Source: Candidatus Latescibacterota bacterium (GTDB lineage Bacteria; Latescibacterota; UBA2968). Taken from it: 64,000 nt of DNA. The stretch lies in the NCBI GenBank assembly GCA_965222605.1, contig OZ244960.1, forward strand, positions 2,560,001 to 2,624,000, read 5' to 3'. A program made the position numbers and the translations under genes. Position 1 is the first letter of the stretch; each line of letters starts with the position of its first letter. Of the stretch, positions 38,988-48,019 are shown one piece after another. The notes beneath the pieces are model-generated. The model was not told the origin of the DNA. It saw only the letters and a program-made list of their open reading frames with translations, and made no database searches.

Positions 38988-41507
38988 ATGAAAAAATTCA
39001 TATTTAATTTGTTCTTATGCCTGTTGCTCTCGTCAGTGAGCGATGCTGCCCCGGACAATGGTAGTCATTTTTGCGTCCCGGTCGATCTGGAGAAACTTGA
39101 GCAATATCGCCAATCTCAACCTGCTGCGAGCAAGCAGGCACTTTCGCATACTGGAGGACCGCGCATCGTGCGAATGATCTACTTCGTATCCGACCCACAG
39201 GGGTTCAGGCAAGAAGTGGTCGATAAGATGAAAACAACCATTCGGGAAGTACAGCGCATTTTTGCCGACCAGATAAGCGCGCACGGATTCGGAGAAAGAA
39301 CCTTCAATTATGAAAAAGATGCACCAGGTGAACCCATGGTTCATGTCGTATATGGTACCGGAGGTAATTACGACTATGTGCGTGCGCTTGGCAGAATTGG
39401 ACGGGAATATGGATATGATCTCAAGTCAAATATTTACTTCATCGTCCTTGGCAATGAAGAAGACATTCAATATCGAAATGTATTAGGGCTTGGTTTGCAG
39501 ACGTCAAGAAATAGTGGATGGGCGATGTTGAGGCAATATATTGACCCGAATTTCGTCGCCAGAGCAGCCCACGAACTGGGACATGCTTTCGGATTGTGGC
39601 ACAATTTCAACAATGATGCCTACATCATGTCTTATGGTCGTGGACGAACCAGGTTATCCGAGTTCAGCGCAGGGCATTTGGCCGTACACCCCCATTTCAA
39701 TCCCGATAGTTCAACGTATCAGGAATATGTGCTGGATTTGCCAAAGGGCCAGATCCTTTCGTCGCGTTCATATCGAACAGGAGCAACAAGCATCCCTATC
39801 CAACTGGAACTCAGCGACCCGGACGGTCTTCAACAGGTATCTCTATTTGTCACAACACCGGAAACCCACTTTTCCGCAGGCTCTCCCGAATTGAAGACAG
39901 GTCGTCTATTGGGAGGTGTGACGAATGCGACTATTGACCTCTATTATGACGGCATTATTCCATCGGATCCCGGTGCTACGAATCTCTCCACCCTTCTTAT
40001 ACACAAGATGACGTTAGAGGCGGTGGATACGCGCGGTAATATCCGCAAAATAGGTCTTTCGCTGCTGCATAATTCGACCCACAAACTCGTCATCCCCCTG
40101 GACAGACAGAAGGGGCATGGAGCCAATGGGGTGGCCTTTTCGCCCGATGGAAAAATCCTCGCCTCAGCGTCAGAGAACCTGACCGTTGAACTGTGGAACG
40201 CAGAGACCGGCGCACACATCGCCACCCTTGAGGGATATAACCCGTATCGGGGGTATATTAAACAGGTCTTTTCTTTGGCCTTTTCGCCCGATGGAAAAAT
40301 CCTCGCCACGGGAACATGGCATGGCAGCATCAAGCTGTGGGACGTGGCAACGAGGACAGAGATAACCACCTTCACACTTAGTGCTTATCAAAGTCGGATC
40401 ATGTCTTTGGCCTTTTCGCCCGATGGAAAAATCCTCGCCGCAGGAATAACGGATGCTGAAGGGAGCGGCCCAAACATAATCAGGCTATGGGACATGGAGA
40501 CAAAAACCCAACTCCCCCCTCTTATAGGCCATACACATGGTGTCCAGAGCGTGGCATTTTCACCGGATGGAAAGACTCTCGCTTCGGGTGCTTTTGATAG
40601 CACGATCAGGCTATGGGACGTGGCGACAAAGACCGAGATTGCCAACCTTCCCTATGAGAACACGGTCACTTCTGTGTCATTCTCACCGGATGGTAAAACC
40701 CTTGTTTCGGGTGCTTTTAATAACAAAGTCGCTTTTTGGGACGTGGATAAAAGAGCCTTTAAGGATCAATTTATAGTAAGGGTGAATAATCTTCTCCGTT
40801 ATGCGTCATTTACCCTTGATGGCGAAAAAATCGTCACCGCGTCACAGGGTGGGGATATTGATCTTCGGGATGCAAATACATACGAAAGAATCGCGAGATT
40901 TCAGGGCAACACTAACGCTCGACTGCTTGGTGCTTGTACAGCATTTTCCCCCGATGGCACAACTTTCGCCACGTCATTAGGCGGCGGTTATGAAAGAGAG
41001 GGGGATTACACCATCGTCTTATGGGATATGTCGCCTTACGTCACACCCGTAGTACATATCGCCGACTTCAACCTCAAAGCGGCAATTCGAGAAACACTGG
41101 GCAAATCGGGTTACGGACCGATCACCAGGACAGACATAGCGCGGTTGACCACACTCAATGTGAGCAACCGAAATATCCGCGATTTAATCGGGCTTGAATT
41201 TGCAACCAACCTGACCACATTGAATCTCGAGGACAACCCCCTGAGTACAACAGCCATCAACACATATATTCCAGACCTGAAAAAGAGAGGTGTTGAGGTC
41301 CTGTTTGACAAGCCTTCTCTTCCCGCAGACTTTGATGGCAGTGGCACGGTTGACGTTGCCGATTTTTTGGCATTTGTAGATCAATTTGGATTAAGCCGGG
41401 GCGATGCGGGGTATGACGCGCGGTATGATCTGGATGGCAATGGCGAGATTGGGATTGGCGATTTTCTGATATTTGTCAATGCTTTCGGTAAAACAGCGTC
41501 ATCTTGA
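38988..41507 (+). CDS. Secreted metzincin-like protease plus WD40 propeller, internalin-like LRR segment and dockerin-like tag
   Basis: Signal peptide; HELGHAFGLWH; repeated AFSPDGK.LA...I.LWD; IADFNLKAAIRETLGK..LTTLN; DFDGSGTVDVADFL...YDLDGNGEIGIGDFL. Confidence 0.85.
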   Translation: MKKFIFNLFLCLLLSSVSDAAPDNGSHFCVPVDLEKLEQYRQSQPAASKQALSHTGGPRIVRMIYFVSDPQGFRQEVVDKMKTTIREVQRIFADQISAHGFGERTFNYEKDAPGEPMVHVVYGTGGNYDYVRALGRIGREYGYDLKSNIYFIVLGNEEDIQYRNVLGLGLQTSRNSGWAMLRQYIDPNFVARAAHELGHAFGLWHNFNNDAYIMSYGRGRTRLSEFSAGHLAVHPHFNPDSSTYQEYVLDLPKGQILSSRSYRTGATSIPIQLELSDPDGLQQVSLFVTTPETHFSAGSPELKTGRLLGGVTNATIDLYYDGIIPSDPGATNLSTLLIHKMTLEAVDTRGNIRKIGLSLLHNSTHKLVIPLDRQKGHGANGVAFSPDGKILASASENLTVELWNAETGAHIATLEGYNPYRGYIKQVFSLAFSPDGKILATGTWHGSIKLWDVATRTEITTFTLSAYQSRIMSLAFSPDGKILAAGITDAEGSGPNIIRLWDMETKTQLPPLIGHTHGVQSVAFSPDGKTLASGAFDSTIRLWDVATKTEIANLPYENTVTSVSFSPDGKTLVSGAFNNKVAFWDVDKRAFKDQFIVRVNNLLRYASFTLDGEKIVTASQGGDIDLRDANTYERIARFQGNTNARLLGACTAFSPDGTTFATSLGGGYEREGDYTIVLWDMSPYVTPVVHIADFNLKAAIRETLGKSGYGPITRTDIARLTTLNVSNRNIRDLIGLEFATNLTTLNLEDNPLSTTAINTYIPDLKKRGVEVLFDKPSLPADFDGSGTVDVADFLAFVDQFGLSRGDAGYDARYDLDGNGEIGIGDFLIFVNAFGKTASS

Positions 41508-41558
41508 GCGGGGGCTGTCTCCTACTTTGGATTTACTGCCTTTGGCCTATCGCGCTTT

Positions 41559-41981
41559 TCAAAGACTATCCACAGGGCTGGAAGCCGGAAAAATATTCAT
41601 AATCGCGTGTTGCGAAAGCGAATCTGAAAACGAAACCCTGGGAGAATCGGTCCGGCTCGTATCCATAACAGCAGCCGGCGACTCGGGAGACCGTGTCGTC
41701 GCGGGATCGGGCTGCGACTTGTGGATGCCAAAAACCGCAAACAGAACAATCCCCATCGCAAAAGCGACCTGATAAACAGGCCAGCGCACGGGAAACACAT
41801 TGGCCAGCACACGCCATATATTGAACCCACCGCGTTCTCGCGAGGACATCTGAGCAACAACAGAATTGCGAATCACCGGATCGGGTTCAAGACCCCCGGT
41901 CCTGGGAACCGCAAGAGCATGCTGTAACAGCTCATCTACATTCTTTTTATTATTAAACTGGATAGGAATAACCCTCTTCAT
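41559..41981 (-). CDS. Putative anti-sigma or membrane partner of the ECF sigma factor
   Basis: GAGGAGG RBS before MKRVIP; single TM; lies directly downstream of the sigma gene. Confidence 0.6.
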   Translation of the reverse strand: MKRVIPIQFNNKKNVDELLQHALAVPRTGGLEPDPVIRNSVVAQMSSRERGGFNIWRVLANVFPVRWPVYQVAFAMGIVLFAVFGIHKSQPDPATTRSPESPAAVMDTSRTDSPRVSFSDSLSQHAIMNIFPASSPVDSL

Positions 41982-41991
41982 ATCTACCTCC

Positions 41992-42585
41992 TCATCCGCA
42001 CAGGGAGTTTCTCCCCTGGAGATTTTTTGCCAACTTCTGCGTAACATGGTGAAGCCTCGACTTAACCGTACCCTCGGGACACTGGAGAATCTGGCTAATC
42101 TCTCGAATACTGCGGTTCTCCTGATGGCGCAATAAAAACGTCGTGCGCTGATCCACACTGAGCTTATCCAACTCATCCATCAGCGCGCGCAAAAATGCCC
42201 GTTCATCGCACGCCTTTTCTATAGCATGATCACCGTCAAAATAGCCACAATGCATATCGATATCGGGATCATTAACCACAATCTTGCGCACACTCTGCTT
42301 GCGATACTCATTCTTGCACATATTGTGTGCAACCGTATAAAGCCAGGCGGAAAAGGCATTACCCCGCTTAAAGCGGGTGGGATCTTCGACAATCTTGAAA
42401 AACAAATCCTGAAGAAAATCCTGCGCCTTCTCCTCATCTCCGCCCAGCATGCGATAAAAATAGTAAAGCATCCGCTTGCTATATCGGGCATAGAGTTCGT
42501 CAAATGCGGCCGTATCGCCCCGCTGAATGCGGGCCATGAGCTTTTCATCGGTGAACGTGTGGTATATTTTTTCAAATATGGGCAT
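41992..42585 (-). CDS. ECF-type RNA polymerase sigma factor
   Basis: GDTAAFDELY, AQDFLQDLF, FSAWLYTVAHN, SIREISQIL.CPEGTVKSRLH. Confidence 0.92.
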   Translation of the reverse strand: MPIFEKIYHTFTDEKLMARIQRGDTAAFDELYARYSKRMLYYFYRMLGGDEEKAQDFLQDLFFKIVEDPTRFKRGNAFSAWLYTVAHNMCKNEYRKQSVRKIVVNDPDIDMHCGYFDGDHAIEKACDERAFLRALMDELDKLSVDQRTTFLLRHQENRSIREISQILQCPEGTVKSRLHHVTQKLAKNLQGRNSLCG

Positions 42586-42672
42586 AAAAAACCAAACAGT
42601 GCGTGATTTACTGCGCGTCTCTATACATTGCATACACCTGAAATCGCCGAAAAGTTCAAACTTTTTTATTTT

Positions 42673-43143
42673 TTAATGCGTAACATCAGCTTCTACGACA
42701 AATTCGACTTTGCAATTCACAATATGCAGTAACGCGAGCAATTGCCGAACGGATTTTCGATAGTTAGTCTGGTCGAGAAGGCGATAGTATTGCGCGGGCG
42801 ATGTGCCCAGCCGACGAATAATCTCACGGGTACTCAATGGCGACCTCTCCACAGCTTCCCGAACCCGACACGTCAACTCATAGAGCAACATATCTGCCAT
42901 ATAGCCGGGGTCTCGGTTGTATTCGAGCACATGATCGATGTGAACGGTACCCTCATCTCCAGAAGCGAGAACATAGACAAACCCCTCATTGTCCAACTCG
43001 GGATCGACATACACTTTGACAACCCAGCACCCTTTGCGCGGTGTTGGTCGCACAACCGCATAGGGAAACAGATAGATATTATTGTACGTGTGAACTTCAA
43101 AAGCCTTCTTCCGATTATTCGGCACAACTTTTCGAATTTTCAA
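42673..43143 (-). CDS. Putative antitoxin with C-terminal HTH
   Basis: LSTREIIRRLGTSPAQYYRLLD; TTGA overlap with the DUF4160-like gene. Confidence 0.7.
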   Translation of the reverse strand: MKIRKVVPNNRKKAFEVHTYNNIYLFPYAVVRPTPRKGCWVVKVYVDPELDNEGFVYVLASGDEGTVHIDHVLEYNRDPGYMADMLLYELTCRVREAVERSPLSTREIIRRLGTSPAQYYRLLDQTNYRKSVRQLLALLHIVNCKVEFVVEADVTH

Positions 43144-43334
43144 AGCACTCCCCTGTCTTGCAATTCTCGTATATATTTTAAAATTTGACCCGTAGGCTTT
43201 CCCTTCATCGCCCTGTTATTTTCCAAATCCCATTTAACCACCAGTTTTCCTGACCGATAGACGTGAACATGTCTTGGCGGATGGTCGCCAGCCCAAAACA
43301 CAAAAATGAAATTTCCTCGACGAATTCTACCCAT
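43140..43334 (-). CDS. DUF4160-like small putative toxin
   Basis: MGRIRRG.FIFVFW.GDHPPRHVHV. Confidence 0.7.
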   Translation of the reverse strand: MGRIRRGNFIFVFWAGDHPPRHVHVYRSGKLVVKWDLENNRAMKGKPTGQILKYIRELQDRGVL

Positions 43335-43339
43335 TCTTA

Positions 43340-43369
43340 AATGTAACCATATAAGGTTACACTTGTCAA
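43340..43369 (-). promoter_or_regulatory. Sigma70 promoter with overlapping operator palindrome
   Basis: TTGACA-18-TACATT ending 5 nt before ATG 43334; TGTAACC-6-GGTTACA at 43342-43361. Confidence 0.65.
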
Positions 43370-43386
43370 GAGTAGGCAAAAAAATT

Positions 43387-43785
43387 GGTATTGTGCCTAT
43401 CTTAGTTGAAATAGTAGAGGCTCCAATCTAAACAGCCTTGAAGAAGGTCTTGAAGAAACGCTGAGCTTGCATCGCTTGGGACTGATGCCGCAGTTGAAGC
43501 AGTCCTTTCGTACCACAAACTGCATTGAATCCCTCAACTCAATGGTGGCACAGATCACCAGAAATGTGAAGAGGTGGACAAACTCTAATCAACGCTCACG
43601 CTGGGCAGCCACCGCACTGTTGGACATCCAACCGCGCTTGCGAAGAATCAAAGGCTACAGATGCCTGCCCAGGCTCAGGCGCGCACTGCACAAGGACTTG
43701 AAGCTCGATACAGACTGGCAAGACGCGCTTGCTGCTGATTGAATCCACACGCCTCGATTATTTCAACTAAAAATAGGACTTGACC
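43387..43785 (+). mobile_element. Internally deleted IS256-family element (399 bp) retaining both terminal inverted repeats
   Basis: Left GGTATTGTGCCTATCTTAGTTGAAATA versus reverse complement of right GGTCAAGTCCTATTTTTAGTTGAAATA. Inside is a transposase C-terminus SLEEGLEETL.LHRLG...RTTNCIESLN. Confidence 0.8.
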
Positions 43786-43855
43786 GTGCACACCCCTCAT
43801 ATTATATACAGCTTGAAGGAATTGGCGGTCATTGAAAGCCTCAGGAGGGTACAAC

Positions 43856-45970
43856 ATGTTTACGCTACTTCGCTTGTGTTTAGTGCAAACGTTTCTAATC
43901 ACACTCATCGCACTATTGGCCCAACCATTGTCTGCGGTCCCTTCGCCCGACTTTGACGAGAATGGGAGCATCGATTTTACCGACTTCTTGCTCTTTGTAA
44001 GCGCGTTTGGGACCCGGGAAGGACAAGAGGATTACGATACAAAATACGACCTGAATGGCGATGGCCAAATTGCGTTTGCCGATTTTTTGCTCTTTGTCAG
44101 CGACTTTGGCAGGACAGCGGATTTTTTCAGGAGCGCGACCACCTATCAACAATTTGTGAAGGCGAAAGAGTATGGGACAGAACCCATCGTACCCGACTTT
44201 TCCTACGCAGGCTATCACCGCTTCACCAAACCCGTACCCGATGTCATGCATCCCATATTCAACGTCACGGATTACGGAGCCATCCCCAATGATGCCCTAT
44301 CTGACCAGAGTGCCATCCAGGCAGCCATTGATGCAGCAGAGGAAAATGGCAGAGGCATCGTCTTCTTCCCGCCGGGTGAATTTCTCGTCGCCACTGATGC
44401 GGATACAAATGCTACTGGTAATAACTCATCTATCGAGATTACAGGCAGTAATATAGTCTTGAGAGGGAGTGGTAGTAGAGACGGCGGCACAATTATCAGA
44501 CAAGTCAATCAGTCTATTTCCAGTAGGGAAGAACTCTGGTATTTATGGCATGCGATCAATATCTTCTCTCCTTCTACATCCAAGGAGGTTGCCAGAGTAA
44601 CCGCGAATGCCAATAGAGAATCTCACTGGATCACAGTTGAAAGCACTGCGCGATTATCTATCGGTCAATGGATCAGACTTCGTATGGCGAATAAAACGGA
44701 TGCAGTCATCAATGAATATCTCGCCCCTCGCGATATGAACGACTTTTCTTCCTTTTACCAGAATAAACTTCGCAATGGCGGTATTACAATAAACGAGATT
44801 CATCAGATTGCAGAAATAAGTGGGAACAGAGTTCGTTTTCATCAGCCTATTCGGACTCCCATCAATGCGACTCACGATTTTGCGATATACACTCTCGATC
44901 CTCTTGAAGAAGTAGGAATAGAAGATATATGTTTTCAGGGATCATTCTTAGAGAGATATGTACATGATTTCGGCAACACTGATCTATCTATGGAAAGGAG
45001 AGCGCTATGGTTTGGAGGCTATAGTCTTGTCCGATTTAGTAGATGTGTCAACTCCTGGATGCGTCGTTGCTCTTTTATCAATGTTGTAAGAGGATACAGA
45101 GCTACGAGTAGTGCTAATTTATCCTTCTATCAAATTACAACTGCTGGTAACCGTGGTCATTACTCGGTTATAGTTCAGAATGCAAACTCTATATGGATAG
45201 GATTAACCGAGGATATTGCAGGTCATCATCACGGTACAAGTGTTACTCATAATGCTTCTGGTAATGTTTTTTATTATTCTGATATGGTATCGACTCAAGA
45301 AATTGATGCGCACAGGACACGTCCAAGTTACGATAATCTCTGGGATCGTTGCAGCGGAGGACACCTTCACGGTAGTAGCGGAGGATCGACACCTCCCAAT
45401 CATCTACATCGCCTGATTCTCTGGAACTACAACAGATTAGCTGCACAACCTGACAAAAGTTTTTGGAGCAGGCCCTTTTGGTTAGAACCTATCATTGTTG
45501 GGCTACACGGCGTTGACGAAGGGGTCGGTCCTGGCACAGGCATTCTGGAGTCTCAAGGCACGCCTGTTGAACCGGGCTCTCTATTTGAGGCACAACTCGA
45601 ATTGCGTCTGGGAAGCGTTCCCATCTGGCTAAACGATCTGCACACAGAATGGGCAACACTTAGAAATACGCCGCTCACAGCGCCAACTATTTTGCCTGAA
45701 GGCAAGATTGATCAGGTAGATCTGTACGTGGGACAGGCAGAACTTCGCAGGGATATATCGGACGACTTCAAAGTGAAGTATGACACGAGTATAGACCACT
45801 ACAGTGCGTCGTCATCCGATGCAAGCATAGCGACGGTGAATGTGATGGGTTCAGTGGTAACAATCACGGCAGTGGCCCTTGGCAGCGCGACAATCACAGT
45901 GACAGCGACCACTACGGAGAGTTCAACGACCGCGCAGACCATCGCCGTAAACGTGACAAAGGGGGGATAA
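43856..45970 (+). CDS. Secreted beta-helix polysaccharide lyase/hydrolase-like protein (DUF4955-like) with N-terminal dockerin-like tag and C-terminal Ig-like domain
   Basis: AGGAGG RBS; signal peptide; DFDENGSIDFTDFLLF...YDLNGDGQIAFADFL; PDFSYAGY..FNVTDYGAIPND..AIQAAID; VEPGSLFEAQLELRLG; SSSDASIATV. Confidence 0.75.
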   Translation: MFTLLRLCLVQTFLITLIALLAQPLSAVPSPDFDENGSIDFTDFLLFVSAFGTREGQEDYDTKYDLNGDGQIAFADFLLFVSDFGRTADFFRSATTYQQFVKAKEYGTEPIVPDFSYAGYHRFTKPVPDVMHPIFNVTDYGAIPNDALSDQSAIQAAIDAAEENGRGIVFFPPGEFLVATDADTNATGNNSSIEITGSNIVLRGSGSRDGGTIIRQVNQSISSREELWYLWHAINIFSPSTSKEVARVTANANRESHWITVESTARLSIGQWIRLRMANKTDAVINEYLAPRDMNDFSSFYQNKLRNGGITINEIHQIAEISGNRVRFHQPIRTPINATHDFAIYTLDPLEEVGIEDICFQGSFLERYVHDFGNTDLSMERRALWFGGYSLVRFSRCVNSWMRRCSFINVVRGYRATSSANLSFYQITTAGNRGHYSVIVQNANSIWIGLTEDIAGHHHGTSVTHNASGNVFYYSDMVSTQEIDAHRTRPSYDNLWDRCSGGHLHGSSGGSTPPNHLHRLILWNYNRLAAQPDKSFWSRPFWLEPIIVGLHGVDEGVGPGTGILESQGTPVEPGSLFEAQLELRLGSVPIWLNDLHTEWATLRNTPLTAPTILPEGKIDQVDLYVGQAELRRDISDDFKVKYDTSIDHYSASSSDASIATVNVMGSVVTITAVALGSATITVTATTTESSTTAQTIAVNVTKGG

Positions 45971-46187
45971 GATTATGTCGCAGAGGGATTTTTAATAAGG
46001 AGGTAAAGGGGAATGAGGCTCACATAGCCAATAGCATTATGAGCGTTAATAGCGTTATTAGGCGTAAAAATGGGTTGCCTTGCTTGACTAAAAGACATAT
46101 CCTTTCAAAGGAGAATAACGGTAACCATTTGAGCACTCAGAGCAAGAAATCCTCTAAATTTTTTATCCACCACAAGAGGAGATTAAC

Positions 46188-46604
46188 ATGTCTGCAACTG
46201 CGGTGAAGCTACCAGAGAAAGAAGCTGCTTCTCGATTGCTTTATCATTGTTGGAGGGGTCGATTTGATGAAAAACATGAAGCGTTTAGCTTTCCCGGTAT
46301 TACAGAAGGAATGAGTGAAAAACTATTAAAAGACACTGAACAGCCAGTCAACACATTCCAAATTGATTTGCCATTAATTACTGGACGATGGCCTCTTGTT
46401 TTTGAAGAATTTGTAGATGGATGGGTGGTGTACTTTAAGGATTTTCCAAGTATTATTGCGGATAGCGATGGTGGTAATATGGAAGATGCTTTGGACAATT
46501 TAGCAGAGGTTGTGCTTGACGATTTTCAAATCATGGAAGAATACAAAAACAACGTTTCTTTGCACCTGAAAAAACGACACCAATTCTTAAAAACGGTTTT
46601 CTAA
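46188..46604 (+). CDS. Hypothetical protein with HicB-like C-terminal half
   Basis: GAGGAG RBS; LVFEE..DGWVVYF.DFP.I.....EDALDNLAE; AT-rich. Confidence 0.55.
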   Translation: MSATAVKLPEKEAASRLLYHCWRGRFDEKHEAFSFPGITEGMSEKLLKDTEQPVNTFQIDLPLITGRWPLVFEEFVDGWVVYFKDFPSIIADSDGGNMEDALDNLAEVVLDDFQIMEEYKNNVSLHLKKRHQFLKTVF

Positions 46605-46837
46605 ATGCAACATGTCAAAAACCGATTATTACAACCATCTGCTTAATAATGGAATTATATAACCTGTGTAGTGCGGAAAATCGGGCTTATCTGTTATGTT
46701 GGTAAGCCCGATTTTTTTATTTAGGCATCGCTGTAATGATTACAAAATATTAGTTGCTTTTCATGCCTTCGCCGACTTAATTTTTCTCATCGGTGATTTT
46801 TGATTTATGCAAACTCCTCAATTAAATCGGAGGCACA

Positions 46838-47947
46838 ATGGAACGAGTAAAACGTCGCGAATTCATAAAAAAAGCCGGACTTGCCGGCGGTGCTGCACTA
46901 TTGGCGGGCTGTGCATCCCCCCAGGAAACCGGGGCACCTGCCGTGCAAACGCGCAAAAAATACGAATGGAAAATGGTCACAACCTGGCCGCCGCACTTCC
47001 CCATCCTGGGAGAATCCGCTGAACACATCGCCAAATGGGTCGAAGAAATGTCCGAAGGCCAGCTCAAAATACAGGTCTATGGCGGCGGCGAACTCATCCC
47101 ACCCCTGGAAGGCTTTGAAGCCGTAAGCGCGGGAACCGCAGAAATGTGTCACGGTGCCGCGTATTACTGGGCTGGAAAAGCGCAGGCAACCCAATTCTTT
47201 GCCTCTGTACCCTTTGGCATGAACGCCCAACAAATGAACGCCTGGATCACCAGCGGTGGTGGCCTCGCCTTATGGGAAGAACTCTACGCCCCATTTAACC
47301 TCATCCCCATACCCGCTGGCAATAGCGGTGTGCAAATGGGCGGGTGGTTCAACCGCGAAATCAACTCCGTAAGCGACTTGCAGGGCCTCAAAATGCGCAT
47401 CCCGGGATTAGGCGGCAAAGTCATCTCCAAAGCCGGCGGATCCGCTATATTATCAGCCGGTGCAGAAATCTTCACCAACCTCGAACGCGGCGTCATTGAC
47501 GCAACCGAATGGATTGGACCCTTTCACGACACACTCATGGGCTTTTACAAAGCCGCCAAATACTATTATTATCCCGGCTGGCACGAACCCGGCACCGTCA
47601 TAGAACTCATCATCAACAAATCCGCATATCAAAGCCTGCCCAAAAACCTGCAAGACATCGTGCGAACAGCCGCAGCGCGGGCAAATGCCTGGGCACTATC
47701 GGAATTTGAAGCAAAAAACAATATGTATCTGCAAACCCTCACAAAAGACCACAACGTAATCCTGAAAAGATTCCCGGACGAAGTCCTCAACACACTTCAA
47801 AAATATGCCTGGGAAGTCGTAGATGAAGTTGTCGCAGCCGATGCAATGAGCAAAAAAGTATATGAATCATTTGAATCATTTCGCAAAAAAATGAACGGCT
47901 GGGCGGCGATATCGGAGAAAATCTATTACGAGAACTTGACTGGATAA
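46838..47947 (+). CDS. dctP: TRAP substrate-binding protein, TakP-like (2-keto acid/monocarboxylate), Tat lipoprotein
   Basis: KRREFIKK..LLAGC; WKMVTTWP, YYWAGK, QMGGWFNREI, LKMRIPGLGG, YYYPGWHEP. Confidence 0.9.
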   Translation: MERVKRREFIKKAGLAGGAALLAGCASPQETGAPAVQTRKKYEWKMVTTWPPHFPILGESAEHIAKWVEEMSEGQLKIQVYGGGELIPPLEGFEAVSAGTAEMCHGAAYYWAGKAQATQFFASVPFGMNAQQMNAWITSGGGLALWEELYAPFNLIPIPAGNSGVQMGGWFNREINSVSDLQGLKMRIPGLGGKVISKAGGSAILSAGAEIFTNLERGVIDATEWIGPFHDTLMGFYKAAKYYYYPGWHEPGTVIELIINKSAYQSLPKNLQDIVRTAAARANAWALSEFEAKNNMYLQTLTKDHNVILKRFPDEVLNTLQKYAWEVVDEVVAADAMSKKVYESFESFRKKMNGWAAISEKIYYENLTG

Positions 47948-47959
47948 ATTGACCAAAGC

Positions 47960-48014
47960 GGGCGGGCACAGGAGCCTGCCCCGTAGTGCCTTTATACGGG
48001 GGCACCGCCCCTAC
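47960..48014. repeat. GTAG REP with inserted CCCCGTA..TACGGGG hairpin
   Basis: Same insert as at about 14080-14107. Confidence 0.75.
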
Positions 48015-48019
48015 AGGTC

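Noticed and set aside
40130-40700. Repeated GGCCTTTTCGCCCGATGGAAAAATCCTCGCC DNA as a mobile repeat or DGR template
   Set aside because: These are WD40 coding repeats; there is no reverse transcriptase and no adenine-specific variation.
42630-42660. ECF autoregulatory promoter (GAACTT on the minus strand)
   Set aside because: A -35-like hexamer is present but there is no convincing -10 element, so it is too weak to call.
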